Virus record (IMG/VR): IMGVR_UViG_3300025154_000068
Location: 1-64,000 of that record
Source of the DNA: a virus
Length of the DNA: 64,000 bases
Reading direction: 5' to 3' (one strand)
Positions within the stretch are counted from its first letter, which is position 1. The number at the start of each line of letters is the position of its first letter. A model generated the notes under the pieces. The model was not told the DNA's origin and searched no databases. It saw only the letters and a program-made list of their open reading frames with translations. Shown one piece after another: positions 9,393-18,950 of the stretch. The position numbers were made by a program, and so were the translations under genes.

Positions 9393-9568
9393 TCCGCATT
9401 GAACCAAGCATTCGAAGGCTACGCGGCTGCGGCCCCGGGTTCGGAGCGGGCTTCGACGTGGACTGGTGGAGGCAGACCGACACGCTGTTCATCGTCGAGG
9501 TGTCGGTGTACCTCTCCGCGTTTCGCGGCGGGCGAGAGGCGTTGCTTCGGATTGGACGTGGCACATGA
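9389..9568 (+). CDS. Small hypothetical protein (59 aa)
   Basis: ATGA overlaps with neighbours at both ends. Confidence 0.55.
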   Translation: MIRIEPSIRRLRGCGPGFGAGFDVDWWRQTDTLFIVEVSVYLSAFRGGREALLRIGRGT

Positions 9569-10020
9569 TCCGCGTCCTCCGCATGAACCCGCAGCCGTGG
9601 CAAGGCACACGAGCCGACGGCACATCGGGTCCGTGGCTGTGGAGCCAGCCGAGGTGTCAGGCGCACGAGGACTGGCTCGTTGGATGGGGCGACCATCCCA
9701 ACCTGGTGCAGTTCCACGCCCCGCCCGGCCCTGGACCGTGCGTAGCAGTTCGCCGGAAGCATGGCGCGTGGTTGTGGGTGTACAGATTCGAGCGGCGGGC
9801 GAAGCACACGTGCGAGACCTGTACGCACTGGTCAGGGCTCGTCACCGCGTGGGATCTCACCCCGCTTGGCGGCGATAGGATTGAAGGCGAGCCGCCGTAC
9901 TTCGGGTGGTGCATCGCGATGCGGGCATGGACTCGCAGCACCGACGGGCCGTGGAGCGAGCATCCGGACGACGGGTGCGAATGGGAGGCGTGGGAGCGGC
10001 AGATCGAGAGGACCGAATGA
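9565..10020 (+). CDS. Hypothetical Trp/Cys-rich protein
   Basis: ATGA coupling; CETCTHW...GWC...GCEW. Confidence 0.55.
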   Translation: MIRVLRMNPQPWQGTRADGTSGPWLWSQPRCQAHEDWLVGWGDHPNLVQFHAPPGPGPCVAVRRKHGAWLWVYRFERRAKHTCETCTHWSGLVTAWDLTPLGGDRIEGEPPYFGWCIAMRAWTRSTDGPWSEHPDDGCEWEAWERQIERTE

Positions 10021-10484
10021 GAGACTCAATTCAGGCAGAACCAGGAACGAGAGAGTGGGTCGAGGAAGCGCGCAGCCTCTTTGACCGGTCGTTGCGCGAT
10101 GTTGAGAACGCCATTCGAGACTTGGTTGCAAGCGACCCGACCGGAACAGACGCGGCCAAGCGACGGGTGATCAATGCCGTTGACGTGCTCGCATCAAAAC
10201 TCTGGTTGCATCGCGATGCCAACCTGACGGTCAGTCGGATGCACGTGTGCCCGAAGTGCAACGGATCGGGCAAGATGAAGCACCCGACGAAGGTGCATGA
10301 GTACACGGTGCAAGTGCCCAACGACTACATGTGCGGACCCTGCGACCCACGAACCATAACCGAGCGACGGCAGGATCCAGTCATCGTCGAATGCGACCTG
10401 TGTGAAGGTTTTGGGAAACTGAAGGACGCGCCGGTCCCGATTACCAAAGTTGTCGGGTGGGCTAAGGTGGAGGAGAAAGCGTGA
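10017..10484 (+). CDS. Hypothetical protein with DnaJ-type Zn-finger motifs
   Basis: CPKCNGSG and CDLCEGFG. Confidence 0.65.
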   Translation: MRDSIQAEPGTREWVEEARSLFDRSLRDVENAIRDLVASDPTGTDAAKRRVINAVDVLASKLWLHRDANLTVSRMHVCPKCNGSGKMKHPTKVHEYTVQVPNDYMCGPCDPRTITERRQDPVIVECDLCEGFGKLKDAPVPITKVVGWAKVEEKA

Positions 10485-10765
10485 GCACACGTACGCACTT
10501 GGAAGCCATGAACGCGGCTCGCCATCCGGGGCAACTCCTCACCATCCCAATCTGTTCGGCCAAACGGTTCCGCCGGTTCCGCCGGATGACCGAACTCGAC
10601 ATTCGCGTTCTCGAGAACCACGTCAGGCGGCAGTGGCGGGGCAAGGCGAAACGGCGAATGCTGCGGGCGACGAGAGCCGCATTGGCTTGGGCTCCAGCCA
10701 GACTATTTGGAACGGCGCTCGAGTACATACCGAAGAATGGTGTGGGGATGGTGGACCTAGCATGA
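10481..10765 (+). CDS. Hypothetical basic protein
   Basis: GGAG RBS, GTGA overlap with previous gene. Confidence 0.5.
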   Translation: MSTRTHLEAMNAARHPGQLLTIPICSAKRFRRFRRMTELDIRVLENHVRRQWRGKAKRRMLRATRAALAWAPARLFGTALEYIPKNGVGMVDLA

Positions 10766-10808
10766 AGCTGCGAATACGTCCGACCTGGGGCTTGTACAGG
10801 GGAATGCG

Positions 10809-11246
10809 ATGAACATCATAGTTACACGACGACATGGGCGCGAGAAGTTCCTCCAAGCCCTCTCGGAGTACGAACAGGAATTCCGACGCAGAGTCATCTC
10901 CATCCTGGTGACAGAACTCGAACAGCACGAGTTCAGATTCCCGAACGAGAGGGACCTCCAAGACGGGATCGAGCAGGCGATCTCCGCCGCCGGTCTGACC
11001 TACGAGCGCGAAGCCGTCCTGGACGAGCGAAGCCGGGTCGACTTCCTTCTCTGCCCAGGGGTCGCAGTCGAGGTGAAGGTGGACGGCTCGAGCGCGGACG
11101 TCATGCGCCAACTCCACCGGTACGCGCTGAGTCCTGCGGTGCGGGCGATCGTGCTGGTGACCACGCGGCAACGACACTGCAGCGTCCCGCGCGAACTCGC
11201 GGGCAAGCCGATCACTATCGTCGTTCTGACTCGGAGCATGTTGTGA
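10809..11246 (+). CDS. PD-(D/E)XK-like nuclease coupled to SNF2 gene
   Basis: ERDLQ...RVDFL...AVEVKV...QLHRYA. Confidence 0.65.
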   Translation: MNIIVTRRHGREKFLQALSEYEQEFRRRVISILVTELEQHEFRFPNERDLQDGIEQAISAAGLTYEREAVLDERSRVDFLLCPGVAVEVKVDGSSADVMRQLHRYALSPAVRAIVLVTTRQRHCSVPRELAGKPITIVVLTRSML

Positions 11247-12979
11247 GGACCTACGGAACAGTCACGTTGAAGGGCGAGACCTGGGTGGTCGAGTGCGAGC
11301 CTCACGTCCTGCTCCGGCTCAAGCGTATGTTCGCCCGGGCTGGTCGAGCTCACGGTGCCGTGAAGTTGAGCGCGACTCCGGAGGTCAGCCTCGAACTCCG
11401 ATGGTTCCTCCAGCGTTACCCGATGGAGGTGACCCCCAGTGGGGAACTCGACGCTCGCGCGGACGCCCACCAGGAGTCGATGGCGCTGGTCGACGCCCTG
11501 CTCTCGAGACAGGTTGAGCCGCTGGCGTTCGACCTGGCGATACCGCTCCGCGAGTACCAGCGCCTGGCCGCAAGCGTGACCCTGGCGACGGGGAGCCTGC
11601 TCTTGGCGGACGACGTCGGGATCGGGAAGACAGCGAGCGCGATCGGCATCTTCTCGGACCCGCGGACGTTGCCAGCGTTGGTCGTCACCCTGACCCACCT
11701 CCCCAAGCAGTGGGAGAACGAGATCCACCGATTCGCTCCGCGCCTGCGTACCCACATCCTGAAGAAAGGGACTCCGTACGACCTGACCCAGCTCGGCCGG
11801 GCGCGCGGGAAGCAGCTCTCGCTGGCAGGCACGTTCCCAGACGTGATCATCACGAACTACCACAAGCTGGCTGGCTGGGTAGACACCCTCGCGCCGGCCC
11901 GCAAGGCGCCACTGGTGCGCTCCATCGTCTTCGACGAATGCCAGGAACTCCGCACGGGCAAGAAGAGCAACAAGGGGGCAGCGGCTCATCACGTCGCCAA
12001 GAAAGCCGCCTTCCGCCTCGGGCTGAGCGCGACTCCGATCTACAACTACGGGGGCGAGTTCCATGCGGTGATGGAGTGCCTACGACCCGGCGCCCTCGGG
12101 ACGTGGGAGGAGTTCAACGAGGAGTGGTGCATCGGATCGAGCGACAAGCCGCGGATCAAAGATCCCAAGGCGTTCGGTAGCTACATGCGAGAGACCGGGC
12201 TCATGCTCAGGCGCACGCGCTCCGACGTCGGCCGGGAACTCCCAGCTCTGACCAAGGTTCCGCACCACGTCGACGCGGACCCCGCGGTGTTCGACAAGGT
12301 GGCGGACGCTGCCAGCGAGCTCGCCCGCATCATCCTCCGCCAGGGCCAGGAGACACGCGGTGAGAAGATGCTCGCGAGCGACGAGCTGAACGTAAAACTC
12401 CGCCAGGCCACCGGGCTCGCGAAGGCTCCGTTCGTCGCGGAGTTTGTGCGCATGCTCGCGGACTCCGGCGAGCGGGTGGTTCTCTACGGCTGGCACCGCG
12501 ACGTCTATTCGGTGTGGCTCCAGCGTCTGCGCGCTTTCGCCCCAGCGATGTACACGGGGACTGAGAGCACGTCTCAGAAGGATGTCGCCCGCAAGCGATT
12601 CTTGGAGGGCGAGACACCGATCCTCATCATGTCACTGCGGTCTGGCGCCGGCTTGGACGGCCTCCAGAACGCGTGTCGGACGGTCGTGTTCGGCGAACTC
12701 GACTGGTCCCCCGGGGTCCACGAACAGTGTACGGGGCGCGTGTACCGCGACGGGCAAGTCGATCCGGTTGTGGCGTACTACCTCCTTGCGGACACCGGTA
12801 GCGACCCGATCGTTGCGGACGTGCTCGGCCTGAAGAAGCAGCAGATCGAGGGGCTCCGCGACCCAGATGGGGCGCTGGTCGAGAAGCTCGATGTTGGGGA
12901 GGGCAACGTGCGCAGGTTAGCGGAGGCCTTCCTGGCGCAGAGAGGTATTCAGATCGAAAATGCCCGTCCGCCCAAGTAA
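11243..12979 (+). CDS. SNF2-family helicase/ATPase
   Basis: LADDVGIGKT, FDECQ, LSATP, GAGLDGLQ, QCTGRVYRDGQ. Confidence 0.9.
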   Translation: MRTYGTVTLKGETWVVECEPHVLLRLKRMFARAGRAHGAVKLSATPEVSLELRWFLQRYPMEVTPSGELDARADAHQESMALVDALLSRQVEPLAFDLAIPLREYQRLAASVTLATGSLLLADDVGIGKTASAIGIFSDPRTLPALVVTLTHLPKQWENEIHRFAPRLRTHILKKGTPYDLTQLGRARGKQLSLAGTFPDVIITNYHKLAGWVDTLAPARKAPLVRSIVFDECQELRTGKKSNKGAAAHHVAKKAAFRLGLSATPIYNYGGEFHAVMECLRPGALGTWEEFNEEWCIGSSDKPRIKDPKAFGSYMRETGLMLRRTRSDVGRELPALTKVPHHVDADPAVFDKVADAASELARIILRQGQETRGEKMLASDELNVKLRQATGLAKAPFVAEFVRMLADSGERVVLYGWHRDVYSVWLQRLRAFAPAMYTGTESTSQKDVARKRFLEGETPILIMSLRSGAGLDGLQNACRTVVFGELDWSPGVHEQCTGRVYRDGQVDPVVAYYLLADTGSDPIVADVLGLKKQQIEGLRDPDGALVEKLDVGEGNVRRLAEAFLAQRGIQIENARPPK

Positions 12980-13335
12980 AGCCCCGTCGCGAAGTTGACC
13001 TCCTTCTACCTATCAGACCCTATGGGCGGGATGAAAACCGATTCGACGCTGTGACATATTTTCAACGACACCTCCCCTTCATTTTCAACGCTTTTCGCAA
13101 CTATGACCTACCTGCACACCTTCGCAACGGCGTGTGCATACCTGCATTGCGCAAGAGACTCCGCGCTCCAAACACCGTCGTAACCCATCCATAACACTAC
13201 GCTTATCGCGTAGTGCATAATGGAAATAGAGGGTAGTTCAATAGTGCATTAGCGCAACGCGAGAGTAGGTAAACGTGCGTAACTACTCAATATTACACGC
13301 TGTTTCTTGGCTCACAGAGTGCATTACCTGTATGC
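12980..13335. promoter_or_regulatory. AT-enriched intergenic control region with repeats
   Basis: Visibly lower GC; AGTGCATWA at 13212, 13243, 13318; inverted repeats CACTACGC/GCGTAGTG (13195-13215) and GAGTAG/CTACTC (13263-13288). Confidence 0.55.
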
Positions 13336-13713
13336 ATGAACAGTGTCTCAAGAGGGCGGAAGTCAGGACAGGGCAGCAAGTGGATCCGACCCGAGAAACG
13401 TCTCGCCATCTACCACCGAGATGGCTTCTGCTGCGCATATTGCGGCGCTGGTGCCGAGGACGGCGACTACCTGACGCTGGACCACATCGTCCCTTGCGAG
13501 GTCGGCGGGACCAACCACCATCACAACCTGATCACCGCGTGCGGACACTGCAACAGCTCGAAACAGGACAAGCCCATGCGCCAGTGGCTGACAGCTCTCC
13601 GCGATCAAGGCGTCGATACCAGCAAGATCGCTGCGCGGGTGCGACGGCTGACCGCCAAGAAGCTGAACAAGGCGAAGGGGAAAGAACTTCTTCTCGACCG
13701 CAACGCGGCATAA
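13336..13713 (+). CDS. HNH endonuclease
   Basis: RDGFCCAYCG, LTLDHIVP...GG.N...NLITACGHCNSSK. Confidence 0.9.
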   Translation: MNSVSRGRKSGQGSKWIRPEKRLAIYHRDGFCCAYCGAGAEDGDYLTLDHIVPCEVGGTNHHHNLITACGHCNSSKQDKPMRQWLTALRDQGVDTSKIAARVRRLTAKKLNKAKGKELLLDRNAA

Positions 13714-13794
13714 GGAACAACGAACGAGGCCAGCGACGCGGTAACGTCTGGCCTCAGGCCGAACACGAACCGAACCAACACGGAGACCACAACC

Positions 13795-14391
13795 ATGGAC
13801 ACCGAGCCTTCTGTCACCATCAAGCCCGTCACCGGAAAACGCGCGTTGTTCTGTCACTACAAGGGGCAGTTCTCTCCGCAGGACTGCTTCGTCGAGCTCG
13901 ACTGCGAGGAGCGGACGTTGTCCGCCTCCTACAACGGTGAGATCGGCAACTCGATCCCGTTCCGCGTCTACCATCGCCGCTGCATTCGCTGGACGATCCC
14001 TTGTCTCACCGCAGACGCCGCGAACGCGCTGCTCGAGGAGTTGGCAGACGAAGCCGCGATCGTGTGCGACGGCTACGAGAGCGTGTGGGATGGCCACAAC
14101 CACATCGGTAAGCTGGACGACGATGCAAGGGCCGCGAGCGAGACGATTCAGGCGACATGCGAGGGCGGGTCGTGGAGTGACCACGAGATTATCTCCCCGC
14201 CCTGGCACGCGGGCGACTGGTACGAGCCGGTGAACGTCGAGCAGGAGCTCGGCATCACTGTCGAGACCACGAACGAGCAGCTCGCCGAACTGGCCGAGCG
14301 TGAGGAATCGGCAGCGAATGCCGAGGGACACGAGGTCGAGGGCATTTTTGAGCACCTGACCAGCGTGCGAGATAGGCTCGCTGAGGAGTAG
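13795..14391 (+). CDS. Acidic hypothetical early protein
   Basis: GGAG RBS; D/E-rich 198 aa. Confidence 0.7.
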   Translation: MDTEPSVTIKPVTGKRALFCHYKGQFSPQDCFVELDCEERTLSASYNGEIGNSIPFRVYHRRCIRWTIPCLTADAANALLEELADEAAIVCDGYESVWDGHNHIGKLDDDARAASETIQATCEGGSWSDHEIISPPWHAGDWYEPVNVEQELGITVETTNEQLAELAEREESAANAEGHEVEGIFEHLTSVRDRLAEE

Positions 14392-14464
14392 CCCCACCCT
14401 CTCCCGCTACGCCCCGCAGCCTTCGGCCCGGGGCTTGAGGACGCAAAAGACCAAGGAGAAGTCC

Positions 14465-15352
14465 ATGAGCACGAACACCGCAAAATCCCTCGCCCGCACC
14501 CTTATCGCCGATGACATGTCCCGCGCAGACGAGACCCCAGTGGAGCGCGACGGAGCGAAGGCCGTCGCAGGCTGGCTCCAGTCGGCTCACGACGCGGGCG
14601 ACTCCGACACATACGAGGCCATCGAGGCCTGCGGAGCCGATGCGGTGGCGAGAGCGTGGGATGCCCTGATCGATGAGATGTATCCTGAGGAGGACGAGGA
14701 GGAGGACGAAGGCGTGGACGCTGACGATTGCTGCCTCGCCTGCGGACACCCTGCCGATGGCAGCAGCGGGCACGGCGCGTGTCACGCCCCCTGCCACACG
14801 CAGGACCGGTCGGAGTGGACCCGTCCCGACGCGGAGCCCGCGACGAAAGAGGATGTGACCCGCTGGGAGTCCGTCGCTGCCTACGTGTCTACCTTCCCCT
14901 CGGACGACGGCGAGGGCGCTTGCGATGGCGAGGTGAGGGTTGGAGAGGCGGGTGTCCGCTGGTACGTCCAGACCTCGGACGAGGCTGGCGGGAGCGACGA
15001 GGCCGATGACACGGCCTACGATACCCGCAAGGAGGCGGTGGCTGCGGCTGAGGAGTTGGCCGATCGCCTCGGTGAGGGCGAACCTGGCGAGGACGCTGAG
15101 GACTACCTCGCGCGCAAGCTCCGAGAGCGCGCAGGCGAGCCCTGCACGGACGGCGAGTGGTGCGTGTACTGGTCCACGTCCCTCGAAGACAGCGGCCCCC
15201 GCGAGCGATACGACTCCGAGGACGCCGCCCGGGCGGCAGTCGAGATCGCGAACGCGGACCTCCACGCGGCGCACCCCGGCGGGAATCTGCTCTGCGGGTT
15301 CGAGGTCCGCGAGCTCGTGGACGGCGAGTGGGTGAGGTCGGACGACGAGTAG
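14465..15352 (+). CDS. Highly acidic hypothetical early protein
   Basis: AAGGAG RBS before ATG near 14465; extremely D/E-rich with a Cys/His cluster. Confidence 0.7.
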   Translation: MSTNTAKSLARTLIADDMSRADETPVERDGAKAVAGWLQSAHDAGDSDTYEAIEACGADAVARAWDALIDEMYPEEDEEEDEGVDADDCCLACGHPADGSSGHGACHAPCHTQDRSEWTRPDAEPATKEDVTRWESVAAYVSTFPSDDGEGACDGEVRVGEAGVRWYVQTSDEAGGSDEADDTAYDTRKEAVAAAEELADRLGEGEPGEDAEDYLARKLRERAGEPCTDGEWCVYWSTSLEDSGPRERYDSEDAARAAVEIANADLHAAHPGGNLLCGFEVRELVDGEWVRSDDE

Positions 15353-15361
15353 GAGAACGCC

Positions 15362-15562
15362 ATGCTCAGCACATACGTCAGCGGTCGTCGTCTCGCCACC
15401 ATCCGCCGAATCTTGCGATCCCGCGGACTCGACCCAGCCAGCGCGAGACCGGGCGTGCCTGGACCGGGGTGCTACGTTTCAACGATCCTGGACCGCGCGG
15501 ACATGCGCAGAGAGCGGGCGGCAGTCGAAGCGGAACTGCGCCTGGTCGGATTGCTTGAGTAA
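15362..15562 (+). CDS. Small hypothetical protein
   Basis: AGGAG RBS immediately after previous stop. Confidence 0.6.
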   Translation: MLSTYVSGRRLATIRRILRSRGLDPASARPGVPGPGCYVSTILDRADMRRERAAVEAELRLVGLLE

Positions 15563-15652
15563 CCGGGCCGCTGTGGTCGCAGCGGAAGAGCCTCTCAGTG
15601 TCCGGACCCTGTTGCGGTCGGTCGGGATCGCTGGCAACGATGATGGACGACG

Positions 15653-16648
15653 ATGCCTGACACCCCACGCCCCGCCCAACACCTCCAACGCATCTCCGCA
15701 CTGTTCCCGAAGTTCTGGCGAACGTACGACGAGTTCCGCGCTGACCGAGGCCGAGGCCTGCCCGAGTGGCCGAACTGGTGCTACGCCCCTCTCGCGGCCT
15801 CATACGCGATCGTGAGCGGCGGCGGGGACAACCGCGTGCCGTTCGACCAGGCCCACCTCATCGCCGAGCTTGGGGCGCTCGCAGCGTGGCGGCCCGGCAA
15901 GGGCATCTACCGCTTCGATGAGGATCTCGCTCGCGCTCTGCTCGACACACCGATCACGGGAGACCTTCCGCGCGAGGTGCTCCACAGGCTCCCGGAGTGG
16001 TGCGTGTACGTCGAAACGCCGTGGCTCGCCCCAGAGATGCTCGGGTTCTTCGCCCACCTCGAGTGGGATGCGGGTGACGGCCGCTCGGAGCTGCGCATCA
16101 TCACGGACTCGGATGTCGGCGGCGTTCCGAAGCTGACGCCGATCATCCTGCACCTCGTTGAAGGGGCGCTGGAGGATGCGCTGCACGCGTTCGAGGCGGA
16201 GGCCGCCATTCAATGGCAGAAGGCCGGCAGTCCTGCGTGGATCGGGCCCCGCCCGATCGCGGCGGATGTTGCGGAGGTCGTTCGGCCGCTTCTCTCGCTC
16301 CTGCTCTACATCTGCAGCGACGACGCCGACTACGCAGGCGACGCCCGTCCCGTCAGGCCCAAGCCGAAGAAGACGAACAAGGGGATGCGTCTGGTCGCTC
16401 CCGATGCGCCGGTGCTGTGGGACGTCGGTGTCCGGATCGGCGCAGCTCTGCGCGGAGCGACGCGGGCGGCTGAAAGCGAGCCAGAAGGGGGCACGCACGC
16501 CTCCCCTCGCCCTCACGTCCGCCGGGCCCATTGGCACACGTACCTGACCGGAAAGGGACGCACGACGAGGGCGCTGCGGTGGGTGTCTCCCATGCTTGTT
16601 GGGAGCGGTGGAACGGTGCCGACGGTGCGGAAGGTTGGGTTGGAGTAA
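15653..16648 (+). CDS. acrVA2: AcrVA2/FinQ-family protein
   Basis: PEWPNWCYAPLAA, WRPGKGIYRFD, LHRLPEWCVYVETP, GFFAHLEWD...ELR, LLLYICSD, RPHVRRAHWH match my recollection of the family. Confidence 0.75.
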   Translation: MPDTPRPAQHLQRISALFPKFWRTYDEFRADRGRGLPEWPNWCYAPLAASYAIVSGGGDNRVPFDQAHLIAELGALAAWRPGKGIYRFDEDLARALLDTPITGDLPREVLHRLPEWCVYVETPWLAPEMLGFFAHLEWDAGDGRSELRIITDSDVGGVPKLTPIILHLVEGALEDALHAFEAEAAIQWQKAGSPAWIGPRPIAADVAEVVRPLLSLLLYICSDDADYAGDARPVRPKPKKTNKGMRLVAPDAPVLWDVGVRIGAALRGATRAAESEPEGGTHASPRPHVRRAHWHTYLTGKGRTTRALRWVSPMLVGSGGTVPTVRKVGLE

Positions 16649-16796
16649 CGGTGAGAACAGGGTGCGTTGTCTGCGTCGCGGCCGTCCAGGAGTACGCTTC
16701 CACACGCGGGGCTCGGGCGACATGAAGGGCTGCCAGGCTTGGATCCTGGGCGAAGGTAGCCGTGGTGCCGCGAGCAGGGAGGTTCGTTCCAGACTT

Positions 16797-17273
16797 CTAG
16801 GCCGCTGTCCTCGTCCCCGAAGCCGCTTGGATCTCCGCAACGTCATCCGTGAAGTCCAGCACCATCTGAATGGGCGCAACGTCCATGTGCTTGTCGTTGT
16901 AGACGTCGACATCGATCTTGAGCTGAACGCAATCGCCAACGATCTGCCTGCGTCTCTGCCCGAATGCTTTGACCATGTGTTCGCGCGGCGCGACGTCCAA
17001 TTCAGCCCACAAGGACGACTGTACGCCGCCGCTCGTAATGGTAACCGAATGGTTTACTCGGAATCTCCTACCTGTGTCGTCTGTCCGATACTCCTCCCGA
17101 AGTGCCCTCGCCATGTCGCGGCAAAGCAACGCCACAGGATCCACGTCGGGTGCCTGCAACAGGCCATTCGCCATCGCCCACTCGACTACTTCGCGAGGCG
17201 TCGCAGGAGTGCCGCCGCGCTCCTTTTCGAAGCGATGATAGAGCGTCTGCAACTGCTCGTTGTACGGTACCAT
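16797..17273 (-). CDS. Conserved hypothetical protein, third gene of the HigBA operon
   Basis: Directly after higA; MVPYNEQLQ...ALREEYRTD...RRRQIVGDCVQLKIDVDVYND. Confidence 0.7.
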   Translation of the reverse strand: MVPYNEQLQTLYHRFEKERGGTPATPREVVEWAMANGLLQAPDVDPVALLCRDMARALREEYRTDDTGRRFRVNHSVTITSGGVQSSLWAELDVAPREHMVKAFGQRRRQIVGDCVQLKIDVDVYNDKHMDVAPIQMVLDFTDDVAEIQAASGTRTAA

Positions 17274-17293
17274 AGCATCTCCTAGACGGACGC

Positions 17294-18424
17294 CTAGACG
17301 GACGCCGTCACCTCTCCCCATCCATCTACGGTAGCCGATGGGAGCACTGCAAATCTGATCTTCACAAGGTGTTTTCCAAACACGTTCCACTTATTGATGC
17401 GTCGGCGAAGCTGCCCGGCGACGATCCCCGGGTGAACACCCAACACCCTAGCGAAACCGACAAGATCCACTTCAGAAAAGAATGGGCTCTTCCTAGCAAC
17501 GAACGAGTCCATCTGCTTTGTAGGAACACAAAAATCAGTAGCAGCGCGGTTCGCCGCTCGTTCCGAGGTAGGCAACTCGGTTCCGGTGCCGGCGTTGTCG
17601 CCCTCTAGTTCCGCGTCGACTATGGCTTCCGTGCGCCCATCCTTTCGCAGGACGTGTTCCAGTTCATGACGAAGCACAAACCAGAAGTTATCGATCCTGT
17701 CGAAGCGCATGGACATCGCGATGACTGGACGTTCTTCGTCGAGCCAGAAGCAGGCGCCGTCGATCTTCGATCCAGGTAGCGACTCGACGATTACAAACCG
17801 CACGCCACACTCGGCAACAACTCGCGGTACATGACGCGCCTCTTCCGGCTCGGTCAAAAATGCTCGCAGTCTGTCGAGACTCTCGCGGAGTGCCCTTTCC
17901 GAGTACGTCGGGAGCACCATCTCGCGCGCAAGCTGACGGGCACGGCAAAGCCACGCGATCTGCGATGGCGACGCTTGCTCGCTGTAATCGGTTCTCTTAG
18001 CGGCCGCGCTGAACTGCGGCTCGTCGTCAAGCGACGACATTTCGAGAAAGCTCATCACCCTCTGCTCAAGTACGTCGATGCTGTCGGTGGGTTCGACCCA
18101 CCCTCGGCGAAGCAATTCCTTTATCGGGGCCTTGGCATAAAGGCGGGCGCGGCGGCCGACGACATCGCCCGGTGCGCGCGCCCGCGATAGCCGGTAGGCG
18201 CTCTCAAGATTCATCCAAACCTGTGGGTCCATGGCGAATGCGGCGCCCAGCCCATGGGCTGTTTCTGGCGTGAGATGCTTCTTGCCGGCAATGATTTCGC
18301 TGACCAGTCGCGCTGGCCGGCCCAGGATCTCTGCGAGATCGGCCTGCGTCCAGCCGCGTGCCTCAAGCTCGTCCTTCACGAACTCCCCGGGCGAGAAAAC
18401 TTCTGCGGGAATGCGCTGGTCCAT
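17294..18424 (-). CDS. higA: HigA antitoxin (XRE HTH) fused to ImmA/IrrE metallopeptidase domain
   Basis: FSPGEFVKDELEARGWTQADLA HTH; DNFWFVLRHELEH (HEXXH) and ERAANRAA. Confidence 0.85.
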   Translation of the reverse strand: MDQRIPAEVFSPGEFVKDELEARGWTQADLAEILGRPARLVSEIIAGKKHLTPETAHGLGAAFAMDPQVWMNLESAYRLSRARAPGDVVGRRARLYAKAPIKELLRRGWVEPTDSIDVLEQRVMSFLEMSSLDDEPQFSAAAKRTDYSEQASPSQIAWLCRARQLAREMVLPTYSERALRESLDRLRAFLTEPEEARHVPRVVAECGVRFVIVESLPGSKIDGACFWLDEERPVIAMSMRFDRIDNFWFVLRHELEHVLRKDGRTEAIVDAELEGDNAGTGTELPTSERAANRAATDFCVPTKQMDSFVARKSPFFSEVDLVGFARVLGVHPGIVAGQLRRRINKWNVFGKHLVKIRFAVLPSATVDGWGEVTASV

Positions 18425-18435
18425 CGTTCTTACCC

Positions 18436-18738
18436 CTAGTGGTAGTCCTCGATCCTCACGATGGTGATGACCTTCGCCTGAGCCTCGGTGCCATTGTTGA
18501 GCCTCACAATGAGTCGCCACTGGTCGTTCAGGCGCAGCGAATAGTCATCAACTCGGCTTCCTTTCAGTCTTTCGAAACGAAACGACCGCATCTGTCGAAG
18601 GGACCGCTCGTCCGGAGCGGCTCGAATGAACTGCATGGTCTTCCGATATGAACGGACGATCGCCTGCGTGAACCCCGCGTTGAACCTTGGATCCGTTTCC
18701 AAGCGATCGAGGCTTCGGTCAAGGAAGAGCACTTCCAT
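18436..18738 (-). CDS. higB: HigB/RelE-family toxin
   Basis: FERLKGSR...YSLRLNDQWRLIV...IEDYH. Confidence 0.9.
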   Translation of the reverse strand: MEVLFLDRSLDRLETDPRFNAGFTQAIVRSYRKTMQFIRAAPDERSLRQMRSFRFERLKGSRVDDYSLRLNDQWRLIVRLNNGTEAQAKVITIVRIEDYH

Positions 18739-18749
18739 CGCGGTAGAGG

Positions 18750-18778
18750 ATAATGCGCCTCACAGGCGCGCATGTCAA
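18750..18778 (-). promoter_or_regulatory. higBA promoter with palindromic operator
   Basis: TTGACA-17bp-CATTAT on - strand; GCGCCT-CAC-AGGCGC palindrome (18755-18769) in the spacer. Confidence 0.65.
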
Positions 18779-18950
18779 CATCCATCTTTACACTATGTGT
18801 ACAATCATCGAAATGCGGCGCAATGCGTGAGGTGATCGCGATGGGACCGCCCGCCTCGAGCGCTCGGCGTCCGCGAGCTCCAGGAGGTTAGGGACCTGCG
18901 CGGCAAGGCGGGCCAGAAGTGGTGGCGGGACGGGGAGCGGTAGCCTGCCG

